Source of the DNA: the human T2T-CHM13v2.0 reference genome, Homo sapiens
Assembly (NCBI RefSeq): GCF_009914755.1
Contig: NC_060940.1
Strand: one strand, 5' to 3'
Length of the DNA: 64,000 nt
Position 1 is the stretch's first letter; each line of letters begins with the position of its first letter. Of this stretch, positions 1-24,699 are shown piece by piece. A program made the position numbers and the translations under genes. The notes beneath the pieces were generated by a model. That model did not search any database, was not told the DNA's origin, and saw only the letters and a program-made list of their open reading frames with translations.

Positions 1-103
1 ACTCTGGCATTCCTCATCCATGACCCATACTCTCCAACCTCATGCTCCGGACACAACCTCACCCCATTCTAATTTGTATCCATGGAACACCCTTTTTTCC
101 TTT

Positions 104-105
<2 letters not shown>

Positions 106-134
<29 letters not shown>

Positions 135-426
135 GAGACGGAGTCTCACTCTGTCGTCCAGGCTGGAGTGCAGTGGGGCGATCTCAGCTCAGTGCAATCT
201 CGGCTCACTGCAACCTCCACCTCCCAGGCTAAAGCAGTTCTCCTGCCTCAGCCTCCCAGGTAGCTGGGATTACAAGGGCCCGCCACCAGCTAATTTTTGT
301 ATTTTTAGTAGAGACAGGGTTTCACTATGTTGGCCAGGCTAGTCTCAAACTCCTGACCTCAGGTGATCCTCCTGCCTCAGCCTCCCAAAGTGCTGGGATT
401 ACAGGCATGAGCCACCGCACCTGGCT
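106..426 (-). mobile_element. Alu (AluS-like)
   Basis: Poly-T followed by antisense Alu GAGACGGAGTCTCACTCTGTC...GAGCCACCGCACCTGGC. Confidence 0.93.
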
Positions 427-558
427 GGAATGCCCTTTTCAAATCCCAGCTTTGATGGCATCACACCCTCATGCCTCCAAAGGTTCCAGTTCTCTTGGGA
501 TTGAAACCCTAATCTTTAACACAGTCCACAAGCCCTTGCGTGGCCTGGCCCTGCTCAC

Positions 559-621
559 CCTTGCAGGCTCCCTCCCCACCCCTGCAGGCTCCCTCCCCAC
601 CCCTGCAGGCTCCCTCCCCAC
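559..621. repeat. 21-bp tandem repeat x3 (CCCTGCAGGCTCCCTCCCCAC)
   Basis: Units at 559, 580 and 601; one mismatch in the first unit. Confidence 0.95.
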
Positions 622-887
622 TTCAGCCTTCCCCCTTCCCCTCCCCTCTCCTATCCTTTAACCTCAGCTCCTCCATCACTTCTCCAAGGACTCTCAGACC
701 TGGCCAGGCCTCCGTTTTCTAATAAAAATCGCTGACACTTAGGTGCCAGGCATGAATCTACCCTCTCCATATTTTCATGCAGCCAGCCTCCACGACAGCT
801 TTATCAGGTGGAAGCTGTAATTATCCCCATTTTATGGATGAGGAAACTGAAGGACTGAGAAGGAGATTTGCTCAAAGTCACAAGCTA

Positions 888-1043
<156 letters not shown>

Positions 1044-1295
1044 TTATTCTAAACCACCAGCCTTTAATGCCTCTAGCATCTCAGGGCATGGGGTCCCAAT
1101 CTTTCCTGTCATGTTTCATAGCTCTGCTTTTTTGATGGATTCTTCGCTTAACATCTGTCTTACCCACCGACAGCTAGTGACAATGGAAACTGGCATACTG
1201 AGGACCTGGCCTGTGCTAGGCTCAGTCCATAGCACTTTTTGTGCATCGCCGAATTTCCTCCTCTCAGCAATCCTGTAAGTTAGATGTAATTGTTA

Positions 1296-2131
<836 letters not shown>

Positions 2132-2471
2132 TACCACATTTTATGCACAGAGAACCTGAGTTGAGAGTTTAAGTCACTTGTTCACTAGGTTATGAATTCC
2201 CAAAGGGCAAAAAACCTTGTCCATTTTGCTCATTGAGTCCAGAAGGACCATTTGAGTGCCTGGCATATAGTAGGCATTCAATAAATGCATTTTGGTTGAT
2301 TAGATGGATGGATGGATTGATGACAGATAGCCAAAGGAAGGAAGAAAAGAAGGAAAAAAGGGAGGGAGGGAGGGGGGAGGGTAAAGAGGGAGGAAGAACG
2401 GGGACGTACCGCCGCCCAGTTCCTGGACGTGACTGGGACATCCTCGCAGGCAAGGCTGGTGTCCCAGCTGA

Positions 2472-2816
<345 letters not shown>

Positions 2817-2859
2817 TAGGTGGCCCCGGAGTGCACAGCTGGCCTCAGCAGACAGGCGG

Positions 2860-3065
2860 TTCTCTTTCTCTCTTTTCTTCCCTTCTACCTTTCCTTTCCT
2901 TCCTTTCCTTCCTTCTCCTTTCTCTCCTTCTCTTTATTTCTCCCCTTTCTTCCTTCCTTTCTCCCTTTATTACTTTTCCTTCCTTCTTCTTCCCTTTCTT
3001 TTTTCTTTTCTTTCTTTCCTTCCTTCTTTCTCTTTCTCCTCCTCTCTGTCTTTCCATTTGCCTTC
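2860..3065. repeat. Polypyrimidine (CTTT/CCTT) low-complexity tract
   Basis: Almost purine-free stretch starting ~45 nt after the exon 2 donor. Confidence 0.95.
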
Positions 3066-3106
3066 ATCCTTTTGCAGCAACTAAGATTCAAACTTCATAA
3101 ACTTTT

Positions 3107-4985
<1,879 letters not shown>

Positions 4986-6254
4986 TAAAAGTCCTAGAAG
5001 GGAATTCTCACATAGTGATTACTTTCCCAATTATCAGAAAGTCCCTTCTTTCTATTAATAGGGTTCTTCCTGCCTTGGTGGGTTCTTAGAGCTGCTCAAG
5101 AGAATCTTTAATAATAATAGGAACGACAGCACTCCTTCTGGGCACTGATCCATGCATTTTATAAGCAGCACCTCATTGAATCTTCCCAACGATTCTCTGG
5201 GTTACTTATTTTTATCCCCCTGTTTTGTAGATGAGAGAACAGAGCCTCAGGGAGGTTAAGTTGCCCAAGATATTAAGTGGCATGCCAGGATTCAAACCTG
5301 GAGCCCATACAGTGACCCATCAAGCTTCCCAGAAGCTGTGAACATCTAGGCTGTAATAACACCACCACCTGCACAGACGCCACCCTTCCCCATCCTCCTG
5401 TTCCTGTGTACACAGATTTAATGGTCAGGGAACTGGCATCGAAGGCCAACGTTAGCTCTGGCTGCTGTACACCTTTGTACCAGGACCTTGGCCTCTGTCC
5501 AGCATTTAATGCTCCTGCAGGAAGTTCTCCAGCCAGAGTTGGCATTTGTGGCCTCAATTACCCCACTTTGAGGCAGGGTCTTGGGTAAATTGGACATGAA
5601 GTGACTGGGGTGCAGGGCCCGGCCCCGCAGAGATACTTCTTGATAGATCCATCTCTCACTGGCCACCATGTCCAACATGGGAGCGCCACAGGGCTGAGGG
5701 AAGACATTGGAGCCAGCCTCACAGTCCCATTCATTTTCTCTCTCTTGAAACTGGCTCCTGTTCCCAAAGTTGCTCCCCCCTGGGAGGGAGATCTCAGAAC
5801 CCCCATAAACATACCCACTGGAGCCCACCAAACCCAGATTCTAAACTCACCTCTGCCCTTTATCAGTGGAGTGAGCTTGCAAAATCACACCAACTCCTGG
5901 AGCCTCAGTTTCCTGAGCTATATATGGGGACGGTAACAGACTTGTGGCAAACAAGACCTGGAAAGCACCTAGCACCTGGCACATGGTAAGCTATCAATAA
6001 CCATGAGCCATTACAATTCTTCCTCACTCGAATGTGAATTTCATAAGGAAAGAGACCAGGTCCCTCTTGTTTGCTACTGTATCGTCTGTGCCTTGCACAG
6101 TGCCTGGCACATAGTAGGTGCTCATTAAAAGTTGGTGAATGAATGAGTGCATGGGTGGTGGAAAGATGGATGCATGGGTGGGTGGACGGAGAGGTGGGTG
6201 CTTAGGTGGGGTGTTCTTCTTATACATAGTGGCAGCCATGCTGGAGTAGCAGTG

Positions 6255-6628
6255 TGATATGGTTGGCTCAGTGTCACCACCCAAATATCATATTGAATTG
6301 TAACCCCCATGTGTCGAGGGAGGGACCTGGTGTGGGTGATTAGATCATACGGGCGGCTTTCCGCATGCTGTGTTCGTGATAGTGAGTGAGTTCTCACAAG
6401 ATCTGATGGTTTTAAAGTGGCAGTCTCCCCTGTGCACTCTCTTTCTCTCTCTCTCCTGCTGCCATGTAAGACATGCCTTGCTTCCCCCTTCACCTTCCGC
6501 CATGATTGTAAGTTTCCTGAGACCTCTCTCCAGCCATGTAGAACTGTGAGTCAATTATACCTCTTCTGTTTATAAATTACCCAGTCTCAGGTAGTATCTT
6601 TATAGCAGTGTGAAAACAGACTACTATG
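6255..6628 (+). mobile_element. THE1D-like MaLR solo LTR
   Basis: Starts TGATATGGTTGGCTC, contains CATGATTGTAAGTTTCCTGAG and TATAAATTACCCAGTCTCAGG, ends GAAAACAGACTACTATG; flanks CAGTG/GAGTG (4/5 TSD). Confidence 0.9.
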
Positions 6629-6685
6629 GAGTGGGTCCCAGATTTCATTTGCTCTGCTTTACAGATATGCATTCCTTCCCCCTAA

Positions 6686-7057
<372 letters not shown>

Positions 7058-7144
7058 TGAGTCTCGCTGGGGGAAAGACAAGATGGAAGCCAGAGCCTGT
7101 TTTGCTTGTTTGCAGAGATTTTTTAAAAATAGAAATTTTTGGCA

Positions 7145-7690
7145 TGTTAGTCAAGACTCCTTTGGTATAAGTGATCCAGCTCACACTAGCTTAAGCAAAA
7201 CAGGCGATTCATTGGCTCACATGACTAAGAAATCCAGAGGTATACTGCATTCAGGCAAGGCTGGATCCAGGTATTCTAATGAGGTCATCAGGAATCTTTC
7301 TCCGTCTTGGTTCAACTTTTCTCTCAGGCGACTTCACTCTCAGGCAAGATCTCTCCATGTGGAGGGATCCCCTCAGTGCCCTTGCTTAGCAGTGGTCCCA
7401 GAAAAAGAGCTCTTTCCCTATAGTCCCAGCAAAGGTCCTAAGAAGACTCATTAGATCACATGCTCACCCCTAAACCAATCACTGTGGGCTACAGCAGGGG
7501 CTCTCATGATTGGCCAGTCCTGGGCCATGTGCCCTGGAGTTGGGAGTGATGTCAGCCTCTGTGAGACCACATGGACTGAGCAAGGGGGAAGGTGGTTCCC
7601 TGAGGGAGGAACTAAGTCTTGTTATCAAAAGATAGGGGCATAAATATTGGGCAGGTGAAAAGCCACAGCTGTGCAGTACAGTCACATGCC
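7145..7690 (-). mobile_element. Old MLT1 (MLT1K/L-like) LTR
   Basis: CACTAGCTTAAGCAAAACAGG...TTCATTGGCTCACATGACT...TTCAGGCAAGGCTGGATCCAGG and CCCTAAACCAATCACTGTGG motifs typical of old MaLR LTRs. Confidence 0.7.
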
Positions 7691-7789
7691 AAGAAACAAC
7701 TGCCCTGCACTGGGAGGCTGGTATGCCATTAGTTCTTAAGCCTAGAAGTGGGGAGAAGGTCCCCTGCCCGTGTCTCAGGATCTCCTGGG

Positions 7790-7910
7790 AGCTCTGTCAC
7801 AATACACATCCCTAGGCCCCACTCCTGGAGAATCTGAGTGAGCAGTTCTGGGCCCAGGCCCAGGAATCTGTATTGACAACAGGCTCCCTGGTGATTCTGA
7901 TAATCAATCT
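7790..7910. mobile_element. MER5A-like hAT-Charlie fragment
   Basis: GGCCCAGGAATCTGTATT...AGGCTCCCTGGTGATTCTGAT. Confidence 0.7.
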
Positions 7911-9035
7911 TGGATGGGGATCCAGGAGGGGACCATACACTCCCCAGATGGGGAGCCACTGCCTTGCTGCTCACACTCATGGCGTTATGACTTCCACAAC
8001 TGCTTTATCCCCACCTCTCCACACAAACTAGCCGACGTCATATGGGGGATCTGCTGTGGTCACACCTTCCTTAACCTCCTGGGCCTCAATTTCCTCATGA
8101 TGATGGGGATAACAATGATACTTACCTCCTAGCTTTGCTGTGAAGCTTCAATGGGATTATAGATGTAAGACACTGGGAACAAAGCCCGGAACAGGGTAAG
8201 GATTAAGGGCTGCCATTACTTCCCCAAGGGGAGGCAGGGAGGCCCCCAGGAGTGGGCTGGCCGGGCGTGTTGGGAAGGGTGGTGTAAGAATGCCAGGGGA
8301 AGCTTCTCTATCCGGCCTCCCGGGTTCCAGCAGGGAGAACCAGCAGCAGCCTCGTGGCCAAGGCCAGAGTCCCAGGGCCAAGTCTGTCACGTGTCTGTGC
8401 GATGACTTGGATGTCATGAGAAGCCGGATGTGACCAGATGGAAGGGTGCTCTGCACCCTGTGGTGGGCTCAGTGTGACTGGGTCTGTGTCTTTCCCAGGA
8501 CAGATAAGAGGCAGCATTTCCTGTGTGTTGAGTTTCTTCTTGGTCTTCATGGCCTCCAGGGGAGCTGCATCTGGAAGTCTCTGGCAGAGGCTGGAAAAGG
8601 AATCAGAACTGTGTGTGTGCGTGCGTGTGTGTGTGAGCATAAGTGTTGCGGCCACTTGTGTGAATCTATGTATATGGGGTTCGGGGCTAGGATGGATGTG
8701 TGTTACAATGACATGAGGCTGTGGAGGTCAGAGAGAGGGCATCTTCTGTGCATGCCTCTGCACACATGACCGTGTGTGTGTTTTTGCCCATGCATAATGG
8801 TACAAGTAGGGGTGAGGCTGGTGGCTGTAAACTGAGCCACTGAGTCACCCTCCCTTGAACGAGGGGACCAGCCTCTGTGCATGCCCATGAGTTGGTCACT
8901 GGCTGTGGGTCACTTCCAAGAGGTTGCTGAGGGGTCTCCTAACCTCCCAGGCCTCACCCTCAGCAGCTGGGGGTGGGTGCACCAGCCTGATGAGGGGATC
9001 TTGTGGTCAGCACACAGCTGTGTATGAGGCAGTAG

Positions 9036-9395
<360 letters not shown>

Positions 9396-9544
9396 TGAGA
9401 GCCACCCCAAGCCCACCCGGCCAGGCCCTGGCACCGAGAGACAGTGGCATGTTACGGTTGGGAGCACAGCCTGCCAGGGTTCCAATCCTGCCCAGCCACT
9501 TACCGGCTATCTGCAGCACAGTTTTCTGTGCCTCGGTGTCTTTT

Positions 9545-10135
9545 AGGTCCTGTTTCCTGGAGGCAGAGCCTGAGGCAGGGATGTATTGAAGAGCTCGCGA
9601 AGCATTGAGAGAACTGTGTTAGGAAAAGTCTGCAGGGAAAGTGGGATAAGGAAGGAGGATTTGGAACATGTAGGAAAAGGAGAAAATAGAAAAAGAAAAA
9701 GGAAAGGCTGGGCGTGGTGGGTGGGTGGCTTACCCCTGTAGTCCCAGCACTTTGTGAGGTGGAGACGGGAGGATCGCTTGAGACCAGGAGTTCAAGACCA
9801 GCCTGGGTAATATAGTGAGACTCCAGCTCTAGAAAATAGTAAAATAAATTAAATTTTAAAAGGAAGGAGGAAAAAGTTAAACAAGGATGTGGTCTTAGGT
9901 AAAGTCTAGGCTCAGCTTGATCTGTGGGAGGATCTGGAGCATAAACTGAACCAGAGTGGTCCTCCCTTGAAGGAGGGGACCAGCCTTTCTGCGTGCCCCG
10001 TGAGCTGGTCACTGGCTGTGGGTCATTCCCAACAGGTTGATGAGGTGTCTCCTAACCTCCCAGACCTCACTTCTAGCAGCTGGGGGTGGGTGCACCAGCC
10101 CGATGAGGGGATCAGGGTGGGCACCCAGGCATCTG
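9545..10135 (-). mobile_element. Old ERVL-class LTR (LTR16/LTR33-like), interrupted by a monomeric Alu (~9706-9850)
   Basis: TTCCTGGAGGCAGAGCCTGAGGCAGGG...GGAGGATCTGGAGCATAAACTG...GCAGCTGGGG resembles antisense ERVL LTR consensus; subfamily uncertain. Confidence 0.55.
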
Positions 10136-10195
10136 TTGCCTCGGTTTTCTCATCTCTGAAGCAAGAACAATAATCGTAGCTTCTTCATAGGGTCA

Positions 10196-13170
<2,975 letters not shown>

Positions 13171-13797
13171 TAACATCTCTGAAGTCACACAGTTGGTGAG
13201 TGGCAGAGCTAGCAGTCTGGGCCAGGCCCACCCCGCATCACTCTATTGCCTCATCAGAAAGGGTGATCGTCATCTTCCCTCCCTACCCACCTCTCCCAAG
13301 CCTATTTCCCCAGCCCTCGGCAGGTCCCAGTGAAAGGTACCATCCAGGCACCTTAGCATAGAGATCTCAGCCAACTGCTCTCTGAGCTCTTCCTCACTCC
13401 CACAGTTGACTGGTCATCTGCCTTCCTGAGTCAGCCTTGGACACAGCTGTGGGAATGTGCCTCTCTGCTCTCCCGGTGCTGGGCCACAGACACTGTGGCC
13501 CCTGCTTCCTCCCTCTCTCTCTGACTCCATCCTGTCCCCCTCCTAACATGACAAACACTCTAGAAGCAGCAGCTGCAGAATTAGGAAAATGTGAGCCGCA
13601 TGTGGACCCCAACACCAAACTGCCTGGACTTGAATGTCAGCTCAGTATGTGACTGGGCATGCTACTTAGCCTTTCTGTGCCTCAGTTTCCTCACCTGGAA
13701 AGTGGGGACAGTGAAATAACCACATAGCATTATTGGGGGATTAAATGAGAACATATGCAAAGTACCTGGTGCAATGCCTGGCACATAGTAAACATTA

Positions 13798-16345
<2,548 letters not shown>

Positions 16346-16704
16346 TCAGGGATTATCCAACTAGTTTCTGCCCTGGAAAGTCTTTCCTGACCTCTGACCA
16401 CACAACAGTGGTTATACTGCTTCCTGCTAGGATGCTCTATTTCCCAGTCTTTTCTGGAGGCTCACTGGTCTCTGTCTGCATGCCTGGCTCCCAGCCCAGC
16501 AGAGATTTCTGTAGGGAAACACCTGGCTCTGGAATCAGAGGCAGCCAGTCCTGGGAGCAGCCTCTCTGGGTGAAGAGTATTATCAACAAGCAAATAGTTG
16601 GCACGCATGTGGAGACCAAGAGCATGGCGCGGGCAGGAGGGGACCTGGCCACACCCCATGCAGCCTCCTGCTCCTGGGCTGCATCTGACCAAGACGGTTC
16701 CTTG

Positions 16705-16719
16705 GGAACACTGTGTCCC
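16705..16719. promoter_or_regulatory. Candidate GR/MR/AR/PR response element GGAACActgTGTCCC
   Basis: Exact match to RGNACANNNTGTNCY; function untested. Confidence 0.45.
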
Positions 16720-17451
16720 CATGCCCTGGGGCGAGGTCTCTCCTTCAAGAGCAGGGCCTGGATTGAGCTGGTTTGCTCTGCTCTGTTCTTTTCCTGTGGC
16801 CACAGCCCTGATCCCACAGTTTATAGACTCCATGGTGCCCGCCCAGAGCTATTTCTTCCCTCTGGGGCTTTGCCTGTGTTGTGTCCCTGCCTGGTGAGCC
16901 CTTTCTCCTCCCTACCCTGTAGACTTAGCCATCGCTTACTTGTTCATAAAGTCTCAGCTCAGGCCTCCCCTCCTCCAGGAAACCTTCCCTGACTCGCTCC
17001 CCACTCTCCACTGGGACTTGGGTGTCACTTCTCCATACTTATCTCTGTCGATGCTCTTATCGCCTATTGTAATTTATTCATCAAATATTTACTGAGTGTC
17101 TGTGTGCTCTGTACCAGACCCTGGGCATGGAGCTGTGAACAGTAGCAGCCAAGATTTTTTGAGTATTACAGTATGCTAGGCATCCACCCCTTGCCGCAGT
17201 CATGTAGGTAGTATTATCTGGTGTTACAAATGGGGAAAGTGAGGCACGAAGACGTGATGTAACCATCCCAAAGCTCACCAGCTGCTAAGGGACACAGCCA
17301 GAATTGAAATCAAGCAGGCTGGCTCTGTGGCCTGTGCTCTTGACCTCTGAGCTCTTCTCCTTCCAGACAGACAAGGTCATGCTCCCTCCCCGGGCTTATG
17401 TTCTAAGCAGGAGACAGCTAAGTGAGCAATTAAATCAAGAAGATAATTTCA

Positions 17452-18110
<659 letters not shown>

Positions 18111-18630
18111 AAATAAACTGGTGGAAAAGATCTAGAGTAACTAGGTAGAAAATTCTATTACTATTAGTAATAAAGTACTATTAACTAATAGTTCTAGTCC
18201 ATCACTTTGCATAGGGGTTCAGGGAGGCCTCAGAGCAGATAAAAGCTGAAGGATGGGGAGAAGCCAGTATCTGAAGAGCTGGTTAGAGAATATTCCAGGC
18301 ACAAAGGACAACAGAGGCAAAAGCCTTGAGCTTGGAAACATCTAGAGTGTCGCTGGAGTGTAGGGAATGAGACATAGAAGGCCAGCATAGGGACTTTGCA
18401 CTTTATTCTGTGAGTGACAAGAAGCCTTTGGAGGGTTCTCAGAAAGGGAGTACCGTGCTCTGACTCACAAATTTAAACAATCACCCTGACTGCTGTGCAG
18501 AAGGAAGACTTTAAGGATGAGCAGAGGCAGAGGCTCCAGCAAGAATCCAGACATGAGATGCTGGTGACTTGGGCCAGGGTGGGAGCGTCTGAGGTGGAGA
18601 CAGGTGGACAGACTAAAGTCACATCTTGGA

Positions 18631-19559
<929 letters not shown>

Positions 19560-20139
19560 AAGTCACATCTTGGAAGGAGAGGGGGGTTGATAGGATTCCA
19601 CTCTCTGTCCTCTGCCACACTGGAAGCTGCAAAAGGCAGCCCTGTCTTGTTTTGCTCAGTGTCCCTAGCCTAGCACCCACCTCAACAAACATTTATTGGG
19701 TGGAAAAATGTGGTTTCTTCCTGCTTCCCCTTGCACCGTTGAGGAAACCCAAGCTCAGAGGTTGAGTAAGCAGCTCAAATCTGTTGACAGTGGCAGAGCT
19801 TGGGTCGGCCCCCATATCCCATTTCACAGCCTGTCCTGGACCCAAGTCATTCTGCAAGTCAACTAGCTGAGACAAAAGATACAGGAAATGGCTTTCTTAT
19901 CTGAAAACACGGGAAAATAACACCTGCCCTTGTGGGGTTATTTTGAGAATTAAATGAGATCACGAATACAGAAAGATTCAGCACAGGCCTGGCCCATAAA
20001 AGTCACTCAGTGAATGTTTGCTGTGGAGCATAAGGCTTCAAAGACAATACTGCATGGCAGGTGACGTTTTATGTGTGTGCATTATTTGATGTACTTACTC
20101 TCATTCCTTCCTGTTTTTATTTTTAATTTTTTACAAATT

Positions 20140-20757
20140 ATTATTGTTTTTTGATACAGAGTCTCACTCTGTTGCCCAGGCAGGAGTACAGTGGTGCAAT
20201 CACAGCTCACTACAGCCTCAACCTCCCCAGGCTCAGGTGATCAATCCACATCAGCCTCCCAAGTAGCTGGGACTACAGACACTCACCACTACTCCTGGCT
20301 TTTTATTTTATTTTATTTATTTTTTATTTTTTGTAGAGATAGGGTCTCAATTCGTTGGCCAGGCTGATCTCAAACTCCTGGGCTCAGTTGGGTGCAGTGG
20401 CTCACGCCTGTAATCGCAGCACTTTGGGAAGCCAAGGTGTGGGGATCACCCGAGGTCAAGAGTTCAAGAGCAGCCTGGCCAACATGATGAAACCCCATCT
20501 GCACTAAAAATACACAAATTAGCCGGGTGTGGTGGCGGGTGCCTGTAATCCCAGCTACTCAGGAGGCTGAGGCAGGAGAATCGCTGAGATTCTCCTCAGC
20601 CTGGAGTGAGATCACACCACTGTACTCCAGCCTGAGCAACATAGTGAGACTCTGTCTCAAAAACAAACAAACAAACAAAACTCCTGGGCTCAAGTGATCC
20701 TCCCGCTTTGGCCTCCCAAAGTGCTGGAATTACAGGCATAAGCCACCGCTCCCAACC
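20140..20757. mobile_element. Antisense AluJ-like element with a sense Alu (20387-20677) inserted
   Basis: TSD AAACTCCTGGGCTCA at 20372-20386 and 20678-20692. Confidence 0.92.
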
Positions 20758-20894
20758 TCCTCTTATTTTTAATAAATAAAAAAAGAACAACATAGAAACA
20801 TCAAGAGATATTTTTTAAAGCTGCTTACTTTGGAGACTTGAGAACATGCACTTCGACTGAACAGAGTTTGATGAACTCCAGCACACCAGTCATC

Positions 20895-21178
20895 AGAAGA
20901 GGCAAGGAGGAATTCTCCCCTGAGCCTTCTGGTGGGCCCAGGAGTTCCTCGGCTTGTGTCTGAAGGCCCCTGCCTCAGTCTTCAATGAGCTTCTCCTCTG
21001 TATCTGTCTCTCTTCTGTGTCTTCTAAGGATGCTTGTCATTTGATTTCGGGCCCACCTGGATAATCCAAGATGACCTCATCTCGAGATCCTTAGCACATC
21101 TGCAAGGACCCTTTCTCCAAATAAGCTCACACTCATAGGTTCCGGGGCTGAGGACATGGATGTGCCTCTTTTGAGGTG
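20895..21178 (-). mobile_element. MLT1A/B-like MaLR LTR fragment
   Basis: GGGCCCACCTGGATAATCCAAGATGACCTCATCTCGAGATCCTTA...CATCTGCAAGGACCCTTTCTCCAAATAAG. Confidence 0.8.
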
Positions 21179-21789
21179 TATACGAGACAGATGAAAACAT
21201 CTGAGAAAGTTCTTTTTCATTTTTGTTGTTGTTGTTTGTTGTTGTTTTAGAGACAGGGTCTCACTCTGTCACCCAGGCTGGAGTGCAGTGGCACAATCAT
21301 AGCTCAAGCAGCCTCGAACTCCTGGGCTCAAGCGATCCTCCCACCTCAGCCTCCCAAGTAACTGGGACTGCAGGCATGCACCACCACACCTGGCTAATTT
21401 TTGTATTTTTTGTAGAGATGAGGGTCTCACCATGTTGCCCAACCTGGTCTCAAACTCCTGGCCTCAAGCGGTCCTCCCACCTCAGCCTTCCAAAGTGCTA
21501 GGATTACAGGCGTGAGCCACCACGCCCGGCCAGAAAGTTCTTTTTCATAACTCATGGCCAAACCAGAGAGCCTGAGCCCCAACTCCAGAGAAACTCTCTT
21601 CCCCTGCTTTCCCAAGGGAGCCTGGGAATCTCCCCTCTGGTTTGGACCAGAGGATGGACAGAATGACCTGTTGCTCGCCTCTCCCTTTCGGAGCCCCTCC
21701 AAGGAGGAAATGAAAGGTGGACGGCAGACAGTCGGGGGAGGCATTGCCTGTGGTGGAACCTGCCCTGCAGCTGATGCTGTTTCTTTTAG

Positions 21790-21893
21790 GAACTTCACGT
21801 CCATCTTCTACCCTCACTATGGCAACTGTTACATCTTCAACTGGGGCATGACAGAGAAGGCACTTCCTTCGGCCAACCCTGGAACTGAATTCG
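21790..21893 (+). CDS. SCNN1B: ENaC beta subunit, exon 5
   Basis: ttttag|G AAC TTC ... GAA TTC G|gtgagt; 104 nt; contains the DEG/ENaC motif YGNCYIFN. Confidence 0.99.
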
Positions 21894-22073
21894 GTGAGTT
21901 TTGGTTTATCGTGGGGCCAGAGCCATGAGGCTTTAACCACCCCCACAATGTGGGACTGAAAGACCATCAGCTGTTGCAGGGTGGGACTGAGGGGGGGACC
22001 AAGGCATCAAGAGGAGTGGCTGCTACCGAGGCTCTACTGTGTGCCAGGGGAGGCCAGGCCAGGCGCTTCCTCA

Positions 22074-22307
<234 letters not shown>

Positions 22308-22734
22308 TTAAAAAAAAAATACAAAAATTAGCGAGGCATGATGGCACGTACCTGTAGTCCCAGCTACTCAGGAGGCTGAGGCAGGAAGATCGCTTGAGCT
22401 GGGAAGGTCAAGGCAGCAGTGAGCCATGATCACACCACTGCAGCTCCACCATTTACTTGGGTGGTGTTCCTGAGCTCCAGAGCAACCTTCTCAAAGCCTT
22501 AGTTTCCCCAATCATAGATTAGTATATAGTAGCAGAGCAGAGCATTTAGTATAGTAAATCGTATCTACCGTGTGAGCCATGATGATGAGTAAATAGTATA
22601 AGCCTTGTGAGTCATTACGATGTAATGTGGTAAATCGTTTCACCTGCCTAGGAAGTAGGGAATGCTCCATATATGCTGAGTATTCTGAGCAGTTTTTAAA
22701 CAACTTGTCCAGGATCATGCAGTTAATACATGGA

Positions 22735-23000
22735 CCAAAAGACATTGCATGTTCTTACCTGTAAGTGGGAGCTAAATGATGTGCACACGTGGATATAGAG
22801 TGTGGAAGGAGAGACATCAGAGACTTAGAGGGTGGGAGGGTAGGAGGCAGGTGAGGGACAAGAAATTAATGAGTACAGTATATATGATTCCAGTGAAGGT
22901 TACACTAAAAGCCTAGACTTCACCACTGTATAATAATTCCATGTAACAAAACTGCGCTTGAACCCCTTACATTTATACAAATTAGAAAAAGAAAAGAAAT
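22735..23000 (+). mobile_element. LINE-1 3' end (L1PB-like)
   Basis: CATGTTCTTACCTGTAAGTGGGAGCTAAAT...ACACTAAAAGCCTAGACTTCACCACT...CATGTAACAAAACTGC plus A-rich tail. Confidence 0.85.
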
Positions 23001-23006
23001 ACATAA

Positions 23007-23144
<138 letters not shown>

Positions 23145-23533
23145 TGATCCTCCCACCTCAGCCTCCTGAGGAGCTAGGATTGCAGGTGGCTAATTTTTTG
23201 TAGAGATAAGGTTTCATCCTGTTGCCCAGGTTGGTCTTGACCTCCTGGGCTCAAGCAATCTGCCCTCCTTGGCCTCTCAAAGTACTGGGATTACAGATGT
23301 GATCCACTGCGCCCAGCTGTACAGTTCTTAAAGAAAGACAGAGACACACAGAGAGAAGCTGAAGGAGTCCATGGAAGTGAGGAAGTGGGGCATGGTGGAT
23401 GACGGATCCCCCTCCCTCGGGGCTCATGTGTTGCACTGACCCCTAGAGAGGGGCTGGTGGACTCAGGCTGGCTGTGGTTTTGCGGCTTGTGAGCCGGGCA
23501 CAGGTGGGAGTGGATCCCTCCTCCCATCTCTAG

Positions 23534-24656
<1,123 letters not shown>

Positions 24657-24699
24657 TGAGGGAAGAGCATGTGTTTCTAGGGGAAGGGAAGGGGCAGAG

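Noticed and set aside
16408-16992. 194-aa sense ORF in SCNN1B intron 4
   Set aside because: GTG start, no recognisable homology, and not needed for the complete 640-aa reading frame.
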